Positions 62,459-64,000 of a stretch of 64,000 bases of DNA are shown piece after piece. This stretch comes from Takakia lepidozioides (lineage: Eukaryota > Plantae > Bryophyta). Under the pieces are notes generated by a model that ran no database searches, had not been told where the DNA came from, and saw only the letters and a program-made list of their open reading frames with translations. The stretch's first letter is position 1; the number at the start of each line of letters is the position of its first letter. The position numbers and the translations under genes were made by a program. The DNA is taken from the NCBI GenBank assembly GCA_030704615.1, contig CM060733.1:46376001-46440000 (forward strand). The letters run 5' to 3'.

Positions 62459-64000
62459 TGTCAAGTTATTTTACCACTAGTGTGAAACTAGCTAGGAAAT
62501 AGGCAAGCGCGGGAGGCTCATCTTTCTCAAGTTGAGCCTCACCGCGCCTAGCTATGGCGCCGTAGTGTGGATTCCCCATGGCGTGGGGTGCACTTGGCTT
62601 GACTTGTATTTGAGTGATGAGGTTATATATGCATGAGTTTATGCTTCAGCTTTGTGAGCTCGTGCTTGTATTCTTCTTCTTTATCACTCGAGAAAGATGA
62701 GCTCGTATCTGTGAGTGCCAGATACGAGTTAGTTGTAGCACTTGTGGTTTTTGCTTGAGGATGAGAGAAACCAGGTTGTTATGCAAGGAGCACCGTGGAG
62801 CCCTTGGTTGTTAGAAGTGGAGGCGTGTAGGTTACGAGGTGGTAGACCTTGGCATTCGATCTTCAGCTTCAAAGATGAAAGCACGATGCTGCAGGTAATT
62901 CCAGAGCACCTTGATGGTTTCAGATTGTGTACATGCATGAGCAAGCACGATTGGGAAGAGGACCAGTCAAGAGCAGGTTATAGTGGCTTTGGTGGCAAAG
63001 CTGAGAACTGGACTTGGGAATGCGAGCTTTCATTGTGTGAAGGATTGCAAGACCAAGCGAAAGGGCTGATTTGGCTTGGGGCAAATCAGTGCACTTTGTG
63101 GAGTATGTTGAGATTGGGTTTCAATCTCGAGCTTCAGCATTGAGAGGGCTCTTGTCATGGCAAGAGCAGGACTAGAACAAGAGCTAAGAGATGCGGCAAG
63201 GCCATGGAATGTGCACCTAGGGTTTCAGAGCTTGGAAGAAGAGCTCTTGCACCACAAGAGGAGTGTCTTGTGGCTGGAAATGTAAGCCTTAGGGTTTCAG
63301 GAGCTTGACAAAGGCTGTGGAGTGCTTAGTCTTGTCTTAGAGAGCATCAAGGAGCCAAGATAGGGGGCTGATACCTCTTGTGTGAAGGGGTTGCATGTGT
63401 GGAGCATGTATTCAGCTCATTGAAGCTTCCATCTTCAAGCTTGGAGGGCAAGCAAGGAAGAGCGAAGGGCTGACTTCCCTTATGTGAGGGCAATGCATGT
63501 GTGGAGCATGCTTTCAGCCTGTTGAAGGCTTGTACTTTCAGGTTTGGGAGTGCAAAAAAGAAGAAAGGGGCTGGTTTCCCTGTAGGGCATGTGTGGAGCA
63601 TGCTTTCAGCCCGCTGAAGCTTGTATTTTCAGGTTTGTGGGTGCAAGAAATGAAGCAAAGGAGCTGATTCTCTTATGGTGAGGTGGGGCATGTGTGGAGC
63701 ATGCCTTCAGCCCATTGAGGCTCTTGTTTTCCAGCTTTAGAAAGCTAGAACGGAAGGGCTAGGGCTGGTTCCCACTTGGGTGAAAGAAAAGCACTTGTAG
63801 GGCATATGTGAGGTGGGGTTTCAACCTCAAGCCTAGATAGAGCATGGCTCTTGAAGTGGCAGGTGTAGGAGGCTGGAATAGGCTCTAAGAGAGATGCTAT
63901 GGCGCACAGTCAAGCATGCAGGTATGGAGGGGATCTAAATACAAGAAATCAGAACGACAACTCCCCCACACCAAAAACAACCCCACGGTGTTGCTCCTGC
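62459..64000 (+). mobile_element. Diverged Y-family LTR-like sequence, copy C, with about 100-bp tandem units
   Basis: TGTCAAGTT start; conserved GGCTCATCTTTCTC..GTTGAGCC hairpin and TATCACTCGAGAAAGATGAGC; GCATGTGTGGAGCATG repeated 4 times at 63390-63705. Confidence 0.6.

Overview
Repeat-dense eukaryotic DNA made almost entirely of nested transposable elements and gene relics. It is most likely from a non-seed land plant (inferred from PLS-type PPR, LysM-RLK and Crinkler-like relics and GT-AG introns). I see no intact host gene, RNA gene or CRISPR-Cas locus. Main content: (1) Two copies of a Ty3/Gypsy retrotransposon carrying a DNMT3-like C5-cytosine methyltransferase domain downstream of the protease. 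The copy at 5431-13060 (-) continues into RT-RNaseH-IN and a C-terminal PHD finger; the copy at 43087-46460 (+) is truncated. (2) A full-length chromovirus at 14800-21751 with a CGAAA TSD. (3) Two related large Mutator-like elements, 26982-38337 (9-bp TSD) and about 46461-56770+. Each pairs a GCM/DDE transposase (SWIM finger seen only in the first) with a divergent multi-exon gene encoding a ParB/Srx-like domain plus a beta-class N6/N4 DNA-methyltransferase-like fold. The introns of that gene hold arrays of palindromes with a shared CG-NN-AACG core but element-specific arms. This is the best candidate for an undescribed system. (4) A TGTCAAG-initiated LTR-like repeat family followed by mosaics of captured host exon fragments, and a split inverted-duplication structure at 3331-14462. 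All domain calls come from motif recognition by eye. Exon boundaries and some element ends are approximate, and many frameshifts may be assembly errors.
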